Assembly (NCBI RefSeq): GCF_037042905.1 | Contig: NC_087252.1 | Span: 21,516,001-21,580,000 of the forward strand | DNA: 64,000 bases | Direction of reading: 5' to 3' | Origin: Lytechinus pictus | Taxonomy: Eukaryota | Part shown: piece by piece, positions 12,305 to 24,610 of the stretch | How positions within the stretch are numbered: the stretch's first letter is position 1 | Layout: the number at the start of each line of letters is the position of its first letter | Made by a program: the position numbers and the translations under genes | The notes under the pieces: model-generated | The model's database searches: none | Seen by the model: the letters and a program-made list of their open reading frames with translations, nothing else | What the model was told of the DNA's origin: nothing

Positions 12305-12975
12305 CATCCATCTTCTCTGTCTCCTGCTGCTCCTCATATTCTTACCATCCTCAGCCATCCCCTCCTCTCTCTCTCTCTCACACACTATACCCATAATCAA
12401 TATTGCATTACTGGACCAATTTACGCCGTGTGCCGCGGTCTCGCCTTGCAAATCCTACGTGTCCCGGAGAGCGTTTGTCCCCTACCTGTTTGTAGATTTG
12501 TTCTTAAATTCTCCTGTTGTAGAGTGGGATGAATGTTTGATTTTCCTAAATAAATATTCAATTTCCAATTTCCACTTAAAGGGATTTGGTAACATCGACA
12601 AGATTTGAAGGAAAAAAAATAATCCGAGCTGTGGGCCCTGCATGCTGCCAATGCAAGTAACAATGTTTCATGAGGAAACCCTGACAATTTTAATTCATAA
12701 GCATCACTTGTTCACAATAAGTAAAAACTGGTTATTTTCTCTTGATAGCCTAAATTGGGTCCATATATAGAAGGTTATGAATTTGGTCATCATTATCACA
12801 GCAATTAAGAGATAGATTAGCTTATAAATCCTGGGTGACTCCTGTCTTGCCTAAAGGATTGGAATTATGATTTCCATGTATCCCAATTTCTGCCAAGCCC
12901 GATATGATGATTAATAATACTTACCTCATGTCACGTAAACCTAGACCTCATCGTTGGTTTTAAAGTTTCATTCAT

Positions 12976-13262
12976 GAAGCGTTGTGGCCCGGTGGATTAG
13001 TCTTCTGACTTTGAAACAGAGGGCCGTGGGTTCGAACCCCAGCCATGGCGTAATTTCCGTCAGCAAGAAATTTATCCACACTGTGCTGCACTCAACCCAG
13101 GTGAGGTGAATGGGTACCCGGCAGGATTAATTCCTTGAATGCAATGAGCGCTGAAAGGCAGCCCAAGCTAAAGCCGGGGTAATAATTATAATATACAATG
13201 CGCCTCAGAATAGATTATTTCTAGATAGATGGCGCTATATAAGTGCCTATTATTATTATTAT
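12976..13262 (+). mobile_element. tRNA-derived SINE, family B (same CORE-like body as A, different 3' half), full length
   Basis: A-box TGGCCCGGTGG, B-box GGTTCGAACCC; tail TTCCTTGAATGC..GCTAAAGCCGGGGTAAT..AGATGGCGCTATATAAG..(TAT)n; copies at 24351 and 58881. Confidence 0.9.
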
Positions 13263-13385
13263 GAACAATTTTTTTTCTGTTTACATTGAAGTACGAACAA
13301 ATGTGATTTTGTTGGTATTGAAAGCACTTTTAAAAGAACAAATTTTATTTTAGTATCGTCATGATAATATATGCCATTATTAAAA

Positions 13386-13452
13386 GTGTCATGGTGAAGT
13401 GGTTCTGACTCTCACCTTTGCTGAATCAGAGGGTCGCAGGTTCAAATCTTAC
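13386..13452 (+). mobile_element. Degraded SINE tRNA-like head only
   Basis: GTGTCATGGTGAAGTGGTTCTGACTCTC..AGAGGGTCGCAGGTTCAAATC resembles family A/B heads. Confidence 0.5.
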
Positions 13453-13474
13453 GTCCATTTGGTAATTTCATAAA

Positions 13475-13945
13475 TGTGACCAGCCACCCCCAACCAACAA
13501 TAAGTCGCCCAAAATGACTTATGAGATTTTTATCGAGTTTGAACAAGCACATCCTAAGCTTTAAAATAATATATGATTTGTCAATTTGATCAACAATAAC
13601 TCACTCAAATACTATATTGAATGCAGAGAAAAAGAGTGAGAGCTTCAGAATACAAGGAGAAAACAACATTGGAAGTTTTTGCTCACTCAGGCATGAGATG
13701 TGCACACTGTCAGTTTCAATGAAACTTCCAAGCAGTCTGCAAAAACTTGGGTCAAAGAAACTCTTGTACCTTGTTTTCTATTCAACTTTACAGCTCGAAA
13801 TTTTTACAGTATAAAGATGAAGAATCGCTCCTTCAGACAAGCTAAGTTTTGAATTTTGGCTTTTTGAAGAGAAGTTTACTATTTTGGCTATTAACAGAGA
13901 ACCTTCCTTGGCGGCTTATTGGTGGTTTTGAGGTGGTTGGTCACA
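13475..13945 (+). mobile_element. Non-autonomous TIR element with TGTGACC termini (superfamily unassigned)
   Basis: TGTGACCAGCCACCCCCAACCAACAATAAGTCGCC / GGCGGCTTATTGGTGGTTTTGAGGTGGTTGGTCACA; collinear second copy at 57952-58611. Confidence 0.85.
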
Positions 13946-14273
13946 TTTATTTTTACCATGCAACTGTATTTAAAAAAAAAATCATCTCATCATTATCGAC
14001 CTCTGCCTCTTTCTAAAATGCCCTCGGTGTATGATCTTGCGTGACCAAAATATGAAAGGGTATCATCAACGCATCTCATCCTCCTCATTCTAACTTGGCA
14101 AATATCACCAGATACTGAACGTGTCTTCTCTTCTCCAGCCAACAACGCTAACTGTTTTCTGATTAAGTGTAGAGTGCTTGAAGAGTTCTTCAAGAGGCAA
14201 CATCATTGTCAAACATTGTCAGAGCTACTTATGCTATCCCCTTTTTTAGATTTGTGTCATTTTATGTTATACA

Positions 14274-14535
14274 CACTGGCATGGTCGTATGAAGCGGGAG
14301 TCAGTTGCCCCCCCCAAAAAAAAAAAAAAAAAAAAATTGAATACTAACTCTTTTTTTTTACTGAAAATGTTCCACAAAATTTACCAAAAGTGTGCATTGA
14401 AATCCTTCAATTTCACTGTAGAAAATGATAAAGCACTCACATTTTAAGCTTGGTCGCTTTGCTCCCTCACTTTTGTGTTTCTTAGAAAAAAATTACACAT
14501 TATGCCCCCCCACCTTAGAAAAAAAATCTGCCCTG
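14274..14535. mobile_element. Degraded hAT-like MITE
   Basis: CACTGGC..C-run..GGTCGCTTTGCTCCCTC..C-run..TCTGCCCTG; motifs shared with 21165 and 31164 elements. Confidence 0.45.
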
Positions 14536-15648
14536 GGCCATGCACATATGGTTTTCTCAACCTCAACTATCCTAGACTGCAGATCAACACTTCTTATTCT
14601 TTGTCCAGGACCATAAACCAAGCCTACTTTAATATAGTTAATAAGACTCACTATTGTAAGGGGGAGGGACAGCTTCTTTGTCAGGCCAGCTAGTAAAGGA
14701 CTCTTGTTGGGCATATCCCACTTTCAAAAAAACTAAAACCAGAAAGTGATGCTAGGTTAGTTGGGGACAAAGCCCTACCTTGAATAGGGAACAAAGATCA
14801 ATTTTCTCAGTGTGCATAGCCCCTTATAATATATACAAAAAAAGAAATATTTGTTCATAAAAAAAGCTTTTAGTTTTATACATAATTTCATTGAATATAT
14901 CATGATAACTATGTATCGTGGAATGGTTAGAATACATTGATTAAAAGTCCAGTTCACATTAAACTGTTTTATCTCTGATTTTCATATGTGTGATTAGGAG
15001 TAGTTGACAGTGTGAATTGGGCTTCATATTTCCATCAGAAAATGGCAAAGCAGGACCCATACATAACATGGCGTGAAATAAATGTGTGTTATAGATGTCA
15101 TTACTCGTCGTTCCACTTAAAGCGGATGTCCGCTAATTAATGGCATTGTTTTTAATGTCTGTTTGATGAGCTAGCAATTACTACCATGCGCGAAAACATT
15201 GAAATTCTGATTGAATCCTTATCAAGGTTATTACAACTGCAAAATGTTATTTTACATATAAATTGACTTGAATCAATTTCACCTTGTAAAAGAAACATGC
15301 TGATTCACCACCATTGCCAGAGATACATCTCTATTTTGGGGTGCTTGATTAAAATGGCTTCCGATATATCTGATATGTTATTGTCAGGAATGATAAAAGC
15401 AGAGTTCTGCGAGGTTTAGTCACAATTGCCTTTGGTTGGCAAAGGAAATTACATTTGGATTTGCCTCAAAGGTGTTTTGATTTTGAAAATCAATTTCCAC
15501 TGATTGTATAATGATCATAGTGCTTCATGTTCATCTTGTGTCATATTTTATTGAGTTTGTGTGCATTATCTGCTAATAGGAGAGAAAATTGAATGTCCTT
15601 GAGGAAAAAAAGGTGGTATTTTCATTTCACAATGTTTTGGCTGTTATA

Positions 15649-15970
15649 CAGTGCGTATCAAAAAAAAGTTTACACATTTTAACATGGGCACAGATCCATT
15701 TCAGCAATTGACGATATAACTGTCGAAAATATTTCCGCTTGAGTGAGCACCACTTACTTTTGAAAAGTTAGTGAAAAATGATTTGCGCAGAACTTTGAAA
15801 TAGTTATGCGAATAGAAGTAGACCTTAATCATGGAGAACACGTGGAATTTAGCAAGTAAAATTGATTTGAAGATAGCTTTTACCTTTTAAACTTGTTTCC
15901 TTGCCCATAACACTTTGAAGAGTGCATTGCGACCCACCCCTTTCCCCCACACACCGAGGCCATCGTGACG
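15649..15970 (+). mobile_element. Tc1/mariner-like element left end fragment
   Basis: TA-CAGTGCGTATCAAAAAAAAGTTTACAC terminus; no matching right TIR seen; runs into an (ACT)n tract. Confidence 0.45.
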
Positions 15971-15971
15971 A

Positions 15972-16163
15972 TACTTCTACTAGAACTACTACTAGTACTA
16001 CTACTATTACTACTACTACTACTTCTACTACTGCTACTGCTACTACTTCTACTAGAACTACTACTACTACTACTACAACTACTACTACTACTACTATTAC
16101 TACTACTACTACTACTACAACTACTATTACTACTATTACTACTACTATTAATACTACTATTAC
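15972..16163. repeat. (ACT)n microsatellite
   Basis: Direct inspection. Confidence 0.95.
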
Positions 16164-16638
16164 TGTTCATTGCTAATGGAACAATCACCACAAATTTTGT
16201 CTCGATGAATAACTTCTATGTTTTGTTTCTTAAACTTAACAGAGTACAACTCACAGAGCCACAAATAAATAACATAATTGTGACGATCCTTTAGAAATAC
16301 CTATAGGGCTCATTAATAATCATCCATGGAAAATCTATGACGTAAACATTTCACCCCATCTTTCCACCTGGCTAAGTTCATCTTCTCATCTCTTCAGAAT
16401 TTATTTTGCTTTGTCAACCGAAAAGAAGTTGCAACGCATCGTCAAATCGCCTTGGAGGTAAACCAGTCCTCCCAACGTCACCGCCTTTACCACATCTTCG
16501 TTCAATAGTTAATTTCATTCATCGTAATTTCCCTTGTGATCGTATTTGTGATTTGTGTGAGCTTATTTATTTTTTTATTACCCGCCTTCTTTACCCCCAA
16601 CCTGTTACAGGGGCAACATGTGAAATAATGATGTGAGA

Positions 16639-17010
16639 GTGAAGTTGGCTCAGTCGGTAGAGCGTCTGCCTGTCGAACCAAAGGTCGTGGGTTCGAGTCC
16701 ACCCCTGGCGGATGACTGAAGCCTGCGTTGCGTGTGAACGTCTCTCCCCTGTTCCATAGATGCAGGCTCTGTTACAGTTGAAAAAACTCTGTCCCTCGGA
16801 TAGGATGTTAAATGTAAGCCCCGTGTAGAAGAGAGTCACCATACACCTTTGCATGTTAAGAACCCACTGCACTATCTGTATTAGAGTAGGGGGAAACCCC
16901 GGTGAAGTGGTGCACCTGTATTCCCCAATAAGTTCTATCGGAAGGATAGACCTGCAGGTCATAGATTCAATAATTTGATTTTTGCCTCCCAGGTACAGGT
17001 GATGGTACAG
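16639..17010 (+). mobile_element. tRNA-derived SINE with Deu/Nin-like central domain
   Basis: A-box TGGCTCAGTCGG (16646), B-box GGTTCGAGTCC; GTCCCTCGGATAGGATGTTAAA..GCCCCGTGT..GTTAAGAACCCACTGCACTAT..AGAGTAGGGG..CCCCGGTG resembles the Nin/Deu domain as I recall it. Confidence 0.75.
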
Positions 17011-17352
17011 GTTTCAGGTCACATGGCCAAGGTCAAAGGTTATTTAGGGTCAATGAACTTTGGTCATGTTGCGGGTATTTGTTGAATTGGCATCATAACT
17101 TAAAAAGTTTATGAATCTAGTTCATGGAACATAGACATAAGGGTAATCAAGTATAAATGATTTTTTTGCACCCATCTTAGATCACATGATCATGGTCAAA
17201 GGTCATTTGGGGGTCAATGGACATAGTATTTTATCATCATATGAATGTTTTCTTTTGTGAATAATTACTCAATATCTGTTTTCAAAGTCAGCACTGCTGC
17301 TATATCGAATCGCGTAATGCAGGTGAGACTGCCAGAGGCGTTCCCCTTGTTT
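17011..17352 (+). mobile_element. HINE/DINE-1-like element, 5' truncated
   Basis: Repeat units plus 3' end CAAAGTCAGCACTGCTGCTATAT..TAATGCAGGTGAGACTGCCAGAGGCGTTCC-CTTGTTT matching 3466-3534. Confidence 0.85.
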
Positions 17353-17756
17353 TGACCTATAGGTGGATTTTGATTATTTAAAGGGCATGTTTAGGGTGAA
17401 GCTTTCTTGAAACCTCACCACCCAACTTTTTTCAGGAGCAACACATGAAATAATGATGAGAGAACATCTAAGATTTATTTGGGTGGATTTTGGTTATTAT
17501 TTTATGGGCCAAGTTCAGGGCGGGGTCTCTCTAAAAATGTAGCTAGATGAATGCTACTTCCACTATCTTCTAATAATGGAAGATAGGAGCAGCAGATATT
17601 CTAGAGTAACAGGAAATGTTGGTAAATTACAGAAAAGTGTCCAAGACCGAAAAGCTGAGGCCGAGGCCAGACCGCCAACGGAAAAGGACAGGCTTTAGGA
17701 TGAAAAAAACTACAAATGATTTTCCATGAAAATTAGATCTATTGAATTAGTGAATT

Positions 17757-18027
17757 AAGATGAAGAAGGAGGAGGGGAAGAAGAAGATGAAGAAAGAGTA
17801 GGGGAAGAAGAGGAAAATGAGAAGGAGGAGGAGAGAAAGAAGAAGAAGATGAAGAGGAGGAGGGGAAATACAAGGAGGAGGAGGAGGAGAAGAAGAAGAA
17901 GAAGGAGGAGCAGAAGAAGAAGGAGGAGGAGGAGAAGAAGAAGGAGGAGGAGGAGAAGAAGAAGGAGGAGCAGAAGAAGAAGGAGGAGGAGGAGAAGAAG
18001 AAGGAGAAACTAGAGTACGAGGAGAAG
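17757..18027. repeat. (GAA/GGA)n purine microsatellite
   Basis: Direct inspection; higher-order AGAAGAAGAAGGAGGAG units. Confidence 0.92.
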
Positions 18028-20456
18028 ATTAATAAGAAGGGGGAGAAGGATAAGATACAGAGAGGAAGAGAGAAGAGGGAGGGGGGGGGGGGTAGGGTAA
18101 AAGGTGAGAATGAGGGATGGTATTAATGAGATGAAGACAGAAGAGAAGAAGGGAAAGCCTGGACAGAAGATCCTTACTAGCAAAGCTCCAGAACATGAAA
18201 TATGAAAACATGTAACACACCTTCATCAGCAAACCATGTCATATCACATCATATCAAGTTAAAACTCCCATCATTTGACAGCATTCGGTAACCAATACCC
18301 CCAAGTTTCTTATCGCTACATTTTACTCTCGAATTTCAATTTCTGAAGGCCCTGCAAAGTCGAAACATGGCGAAAAAGGATACGATGAGCGATATCCATC
18401 TTTTATCAGTTTTAACCTATCCCATTATTCATATCACCTGGTTGCTATCTTCTATAAATCTTGATCGAATTTGAGAAAGCTTAGCAAGATCCATGGACAG
18501 TCGGTCGTATCCGTCCGTTGGACCAATCATTATTTATTATGACACTCTGATGAAATTTCATCGTAGGTTTTTATCAGAAATGCAAACCCGGCGTATCGAA
18601 ATTCAGCGAAACCAAAGCGAAGTGGCGATAGTGATGATTGGCGGGTTACTTCGCCTGTTTTATTCATGTTGAGGAGACACCACTCAGACCGACTGAAGTC
18701 TCAGTTGTGTCTACGCAACCGGGGTAGAAAGAGCTCCCCCCTTGGCAATCCCCATAAATAAACTATTTTCACTGAATAGTAATTGTTATTTCATATCTTT
18801 TAATTGATTTTATGATAATTTGGAGTGCGAGTGGGGGGTGGAGTGGAAGGAAAATGGGTCTTGAGCAGTTCTATTGCAGAATGGTATTGATTTTACCCCC
18901 CTCTTTTCTTTAGATGAGACTGGTATGAGTGTTAGTTGGAGGAGGGGTTTTTATTTAGGCAATGGGTGGCTTGTTCTTATTCAAAGCTTAGTATTCTTGC
19001 TTATGGTGTAATGAAACATACATATTGGAATGCCCCCTGGTTAATTACAACCTCTGAAAGAATGTCAATATTTAGTCTTTCCTCAAATCTTCTCGAATTA
19101 TAATGGTAAGGATGCGGTTAATATCCAAAGTGGAAGGAATATAAATATTTAATCCAGACAGACTCTTTGTGTGTTTCATGTGAAATGTTGAATGATTAAA
19201 TAATGGATGTAATTCACATTGCAATTTATTGTATTTTTAGAGATGGGTAAAATTGTTGTTTGCAGATTTCATCTCTAAATGTGAAAAATGAAATTAGCCA
19301 AAGCCTGAAATGAGATTAAACATGGTGCATTGCAATGTATGTGTCATTGCAACATGCAGTTTTCCATTGTATCATGGTTTTGAAGATTTATACGCTATAG
19401 GCAATTTATTGATTGGTCATGTCCATTTTCACAAATGAATTAAATCATTTCCTTTTCATTCCAAGAAATTCTTTGCCTCCCAGGTTGAGGCGAGAACATG
19501 ATAATGGTTGCTTCGTCATTGGCATGACTTTCACTGCTATCTGATAAAAGAAAATCATTGCTCATATAAATTTGTTTAATTTGGATATAGCTTTTTAAGC
19601 ACTTAAGAAGTGAAACAATTCAATACGACCAGAAATACAGTAGATTGGTATATTGTGATGTTCAAATGGAAATTTTGTGATTCTAAATTGAGAAAATGTA
19701 GTTAACTATATTTGCTTTTATTATAAAGACATATGTATCAACCAAAATAGAAAGCAAAATCTCAATTTTTTAAAGACCAACCCCCATGTTACCAGTCAAC
19801 TCTGCCATAATGTCCACCTGTATTTTTATGGTGTTGCTGCTTATGAAATCAAAACTGAAATTGAGAATATGAAAACCTCTGGAAATGTATACTAAGTAAA
19901 AATATTCCAAAATTATATCCATGCAAGAATTTTGTCCTTTTTTGATCCAGAGGATAAAAAAATTTCGATTATATTTATAAAGCACATCCAAAAACATCTT
20001 CAAATCATACAATTTAAATTTTCATAACAAGAAATCAGAACACTGGTGATGCCTACTACATAAAGCACAAACCAAATTTCTTTTCAATTTTGTTTACATT
20101 GATGGGATGTAGCCCTGTCCTTGGCATACAACATTTCTTTTCATAATTTCTCAAATATATCTTGTCTAAACCATTCTCAGATACAACTGACAATGCTGGG
20201 CAGTGGATGCTGAATTAAATCGAACCGTGAAATATGAATACATCAAGAACCGAAAGAAGGGATATGGACGAGTTAGCCAGCAAGATCTATTTGTGCTTTA
20301 TTGGTGATTTATTGGTGACCTTTCCAATGTATTTTGTAGTTGGGGTTCCCCTAAAGCTGCCCAAATTGCCTGCTTAAATTGAAGGTTTCGCTCCTTATGT
20401 GAAATTATTGGATGCTTGCAATGTGTTGCAGCATGGTGTGAAGTCCTCTGTCTTAA

Positions 20457-20528
20457 CCGATTGCCTGCTGGACACCTGATGGTCCCTGTACAAATACTAT
20501 GGGATCTACAGAATTAGCAGTCAATAGG
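20457..20528 (+). mobile_element. 72-bp piggyBac-like mini-MITE
   Basis: TTAA-CCGATTGCCTGCTG..CAGTCAATAGG-TTAA; collinear 72-bp copy at 39019-39090. Confidence 0.75.
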
Positions 20529-21164
20529 TTAATCGTTTTGGTACAGGAATGTGTAAAGATTGTGGTTCAAGGTTCAAGTTTCAAGGTTTTTATTCATATC
20601 AGCATTTCAGATTTTCAAAAAATCAACAACTCAATACAAACAATAACATTATACAATACAAATTATCATAGATAAGCATAAAAAAATATAAAATATGAAA
20701 TGTATACATAATATAACAATAGAAAAAAAGTAAATAGAATGTATTCTTGTAATTGGTTCTAAAATAATGAGAAAGAAAGAAAATGAGAGATGTGGATATG
20801 AGGGAGCCAAAAGTAAAAGCAAAGCTTGTTGTGTGAAGACTCCAAAACATATGCAGTGAGAGTCCCATAAAAATATCAATACGACAAGAAAAAGTAGGGG
20901 AATAAAAAAAGAGTATAAGTTAAAAAAAAGGGAGATACACAAATATATAAATAATGAGTCAAGTGTAAAAGCAACAAATTTGAATTAGAACCTGAAGGAG
21001 CATGCAAATAATTATTTCTAAGAGTAGTAAAAAAAACAAAAAATACTGGAAATCAATGGTCAATGGCATCAGGTAAGTTTCTCCTTATCCTGATAAGAAT
21101 TTATACTCGTGAATTCCAGTGCAGTTTGCATTGCCTTTCCTGAATAAAGGTTGTTCCATGTAAG

Positions 21165-21668
21165 CAGGGGCGGATCCAGCTTTTTATAAAGGGGGGGGGG
21201 TTGGGGTGGTATGCGAGGGAGCGTAGCGACCGAGTCCAAGCGAGCGGAGCGAGCGAGGGGGGAGGGTGTGGGATAGTCTGCAGGCACAGACCCTCATTGG
21301 AACTTTGATCAACAAGTGTGCCTCCACGCAAAGACTAGCACATACAAAACTTGCTGCAGAGCCTTCAGTACACAAGGCATGAGTAGGCTGCACATTCAGA
21401 CCCTTAACTCGAGCGAAGGGTTTGCCCAGCAGACTAGGTGTGGGAGGGGGGTGTCCCCCCTCCCACAGTAGGGAAATTTTTTGAAAATCTGTGTGTGAAA
21501 ATGGCGTTTTCTTGCATAATAATAATAATAAATGAAATAAATACATAGAAATAGAATAAAATAAAATTACAAGTTTAAAAAAAAAGATAAGATTAAAAAA
21601 AATGGTCCCCGGATTTTTTTTTGGGGGGGGTTGCAACCCCCCCAACCCCCCCTCTAGATCCGCTTCTG
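21165..21668. mobile_element. hAT-like MITE hosting a nested insertion
   Basis: CAGGGGCGGATCC / AGATCCGCTTCTG termini, G/C runs, GAGGGAGCGTAGCGACCGAG motif; TSD not evident. Confidence 0.75.
21274..21436 (+). mobile_element. AcademH-like non-autonomous element, 9-bp TSD
   Basis: TIR TAGTCTGC / GCAGACTA; perfect TSD GGTGTGGGA at 21265-21273 and 21437-21445; second copy at 58407. Confidence 0.82.
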
Positions 21669-21956
21669 GAAAACTAAGGTAATTATTGTCACAATCAAAC
21701 AAAAATATATAGAATTGCAAACTTTGTGATTAAAGTCTTGCAACTATGTAATTGGGTAAAATAGGTAAAATAGTCCACGGAGTAAAGAAACGAATATAGA
21801 TCAAAAAAATAATAAAGGAGAAAGGGGGAAAACTAGAAAAGGTAAACTTGAGAAAATGCACAAAAGAAAAAAAAAACTCATACCAATATGCACTCTGTAC
21901 ATAGGTCTATATTACAAGGGACAATGTGTACTATAAATTGAGAATTATGAAAAGAA

Positions 21957-22026
21957 AGGCAATAAATAGGCCTATATATTATGTTTATATATAGGCAATA
22001 TAAAGGCCTATTTATTATGTTTATAT
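21957..22026. repeat. Two-copy ~36-bp tandem duplication
   Basis: AGGCAATA..AGGCCTAT-TATTATGTTTATAT twice. Confidence 0.75.
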
Positions 22027-22879
22027 TGTTATTTTATGTTAATAGGACCATGCTGAAAAACAGTCAATCTGAGCTTGTTAGCCTGTATAAAGATATTTTA
22101 ATACATAAATAAATATGGATGGAGCTAAGGTGAGGAATATGTAAAAAAAAGACAAAAATTAAAGGGGAAAAAGAAAATGGATATTATCCAAGAGAGATAG
22201 AGAGAGAAAGAGAGGGGAAGGAGAGAGGGGGGGGGGGGATATAGGAAAAGAGGAGAGGGATGGAGGAAGGCATGAAAAGTAAAAGGAGTAGAAAGGTGAA
22301 AGAGAAAAACAAGAGATTATGTCCAAGTATTGATGGGTAATCTGTATCGCAAGACAAAACCGCTTATTAGATTGCGGCATAAGATAAGTCATAAATAAAA
22401 CATTGCCTGGCAGGCCGGTGAAGTGGAGATCCTACAATGTGGTTTGGCAGTCTTGACGCCCAATCTTGCCTTGTCCAGAAGATGAAAACTATCTATCGAA
22501 GCTAGGGAATCCATTCACCTCCAGAAATGTAGCGTTTTAGTATCCTGCTCGGAGCAAGTATGTCCATCCTGCGCTTTTCTCCATCGAGAGTGAGCGTCAG
22601 AGGGCTACGCTGCTCAACAGTTGTTAAAGATAGCAAATGAAATACAGTACTGAATTTATACATGGATAAGTAGATTTGGGTTTGTGATGTCCCATGTTAA
22701 CGTGTGTAATTATGTTATAAGCCCAATTTTCATTGACACTTATTCTGTTCAAAGACATGTTGTGCAGGACATAGTGGTGTGTTGTCATAATAGTCGAATA
22801 CATCTTATTCTTTTATACAAGAAATATTATTGTTTCCATTTGAGAATTGGCAGGTAGGTTTAATTAGCATCCAGTCCCT

Positions 22880-24060
22880 CCGATCCCAACAAGCTGTCCA
22901 CCCCTGCAGGTGCAATGATTCAATCCGGTACTTCTAGCCTGCTCCACTATGCAGGGTCCCTCACACTCCACAACGGGACACACACAAAATCACACACAGC
23001 TAACGCGTGGAATAACCAGTGCACTCAATAATCCAAGACACACACACCCCCGTTTTGGTAATCGACCAATCCGGTTACAAGTGTACTACATTGCATCTCG
23101 GGTGTAAAAACACACAATAAGTCCACTGCTGCGTTCATCACTCAGCTTACCCCTGTAAATCTAACTCACTCCCTCTTTCTCCTTCTCTCTACAAGAAAAC
23201 ATCCTGATTTCATTGCATTAGTTGGACATACACACAAAATCCCCAATACCTGTACCTTGCTATGCTAAGTGGTAATTCCTGGCGTTTTTTCCCCTTCCTT
23301 ACCTTGCATCGCTCGCTCATCGAGGACCGGTTTGCGAGAGCTTTGCGAGAATCTCGCTCAATTACTAGGGCACGCATTCGTGCTCCGTTAAGCATCTTCC
23401 TCTCGCATTCCTCCATTCGGATATTCACTGGTATTCTATAACTGGACTAATTTTCACATTCCAAGGGTACTCAGGTAGGTCGAATCTGAATTTTCTCACT
23501 CTACCATCTATCATCTATTTTACTCTTTATATTTTTTACGAAATAGCAAAAAAATGTGCATTATCGGATATGTTTAGAACAATTAGTTATTGGAATTTCA
23601 CACAAACTGATATCAATTTGGACCTTTCCACTGAAAAATACCCATGCAATGCTCAAGGTCTTCCTCCGCAGATTACTTCTTGTGTTGAAGCTTCGTTTAT
23701 TAATCCCCAGCTCTGGTAGAGCATATATAGCATTCCATTAAGAATGTCATAACTAGACATTCTGTAGATCTTGCCATAGATTGGACAGAAGTGACCTCTT
23801 TTGTGAGCATACTTGCAACAAGGACGGCTCCCCCCTTCCTCTGTCCGCCGCAACATTTTTTTTTCTTTCCTGGATTCTCATTCATAGAATCTTCTCTTCC
23901 GTTCGCTACGCGATTCCTCGAGGAGGACGAGTTGGGAAACATTAGTTTTTCGATGAATGAGACGTAAGCCGATCCTGGATAAACATTTATTGAAATTTCT
24001 TGGCAAAACTCTCGCGGAATTGAGTTTGTTATTGCGGTGATCTGTGAAAGCACAGCATCC
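22880..24060 (+). promoter_or_regulatory. Candidate CpG-richer promoter / non-coding first exon region
   Basis: About 1.2 kb with no recognisable transposon, more CpG than the flanks, CCAAT near 23066, and + strand donors CAG|GTAGGT (23475) and GAC|GTAAGC (23964). Confidence 0.35.
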
Positions 24061-24350
24061 GAGTATGATTTGAAATGCAGTGCTGCATGTTTCTGAATCC
24101 CATGATGTTTTTATTTCATTCTGCAATGTTTAAGTCAAACTTGATAAATCCATTCGTACAAGTACTTGTAAAGGTGGGTGATGTTAATTAAACAATTAGT
24201 AATCTTATTGAAATGTAATTGGTAGGTCCTAATTAATAAAAGGAAGCAAGTATTTTCTTTTTTACCATGATTACAAATAAATTGTTTGAAATCAATTTCA
24301 TTAATTTACTATCGGTTTGTATGCTTGTCTTAGTATCCTTTTTAATGTGT

Positions 24351-24610
24351 GTGCGTTGTGGTCTTGTGGTTCTGGCTCTGGCCTTTCAAACAGGGTCGTG
24401 GGTTCGAATCCTAGCCATGGTGTGTTTTCCTTCAGCAAGAAATTTATTCACACTGCTGCACTCGACCCAGGTGAGGTGAATGGGTACCCAGCAGAATTAA
24501 TTCCTTGAATGCACGAGCACTGAAATGCAGCTAAAGCTAAAGCCAGGGTAATAAATGATAATAACAATGCACTTTGGAATAGATTATTTCTAGATAGATA
24601 GCGTTATATG
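24351..24610 (+). mobile_element. SINE family B
   Basis: B-box GGTTCGAATCC, body and tail collinear with 12976-13262. Confidence 0.88.

Noticed and set aside
12917..12926. ATACTTACCT, the U1 snRNA 5' end
   Set aside because: Match stops after 10 nt; chance or a minus-strand donor-like site.
16639..16712. tRNA-like sequences here and at 1200, 12976, 24351, 27990-28062, 29650-29721
   Set aside because: Acceptor and anticodon stems do not pair properly and each continues into a SINE body with no T-run terminator.
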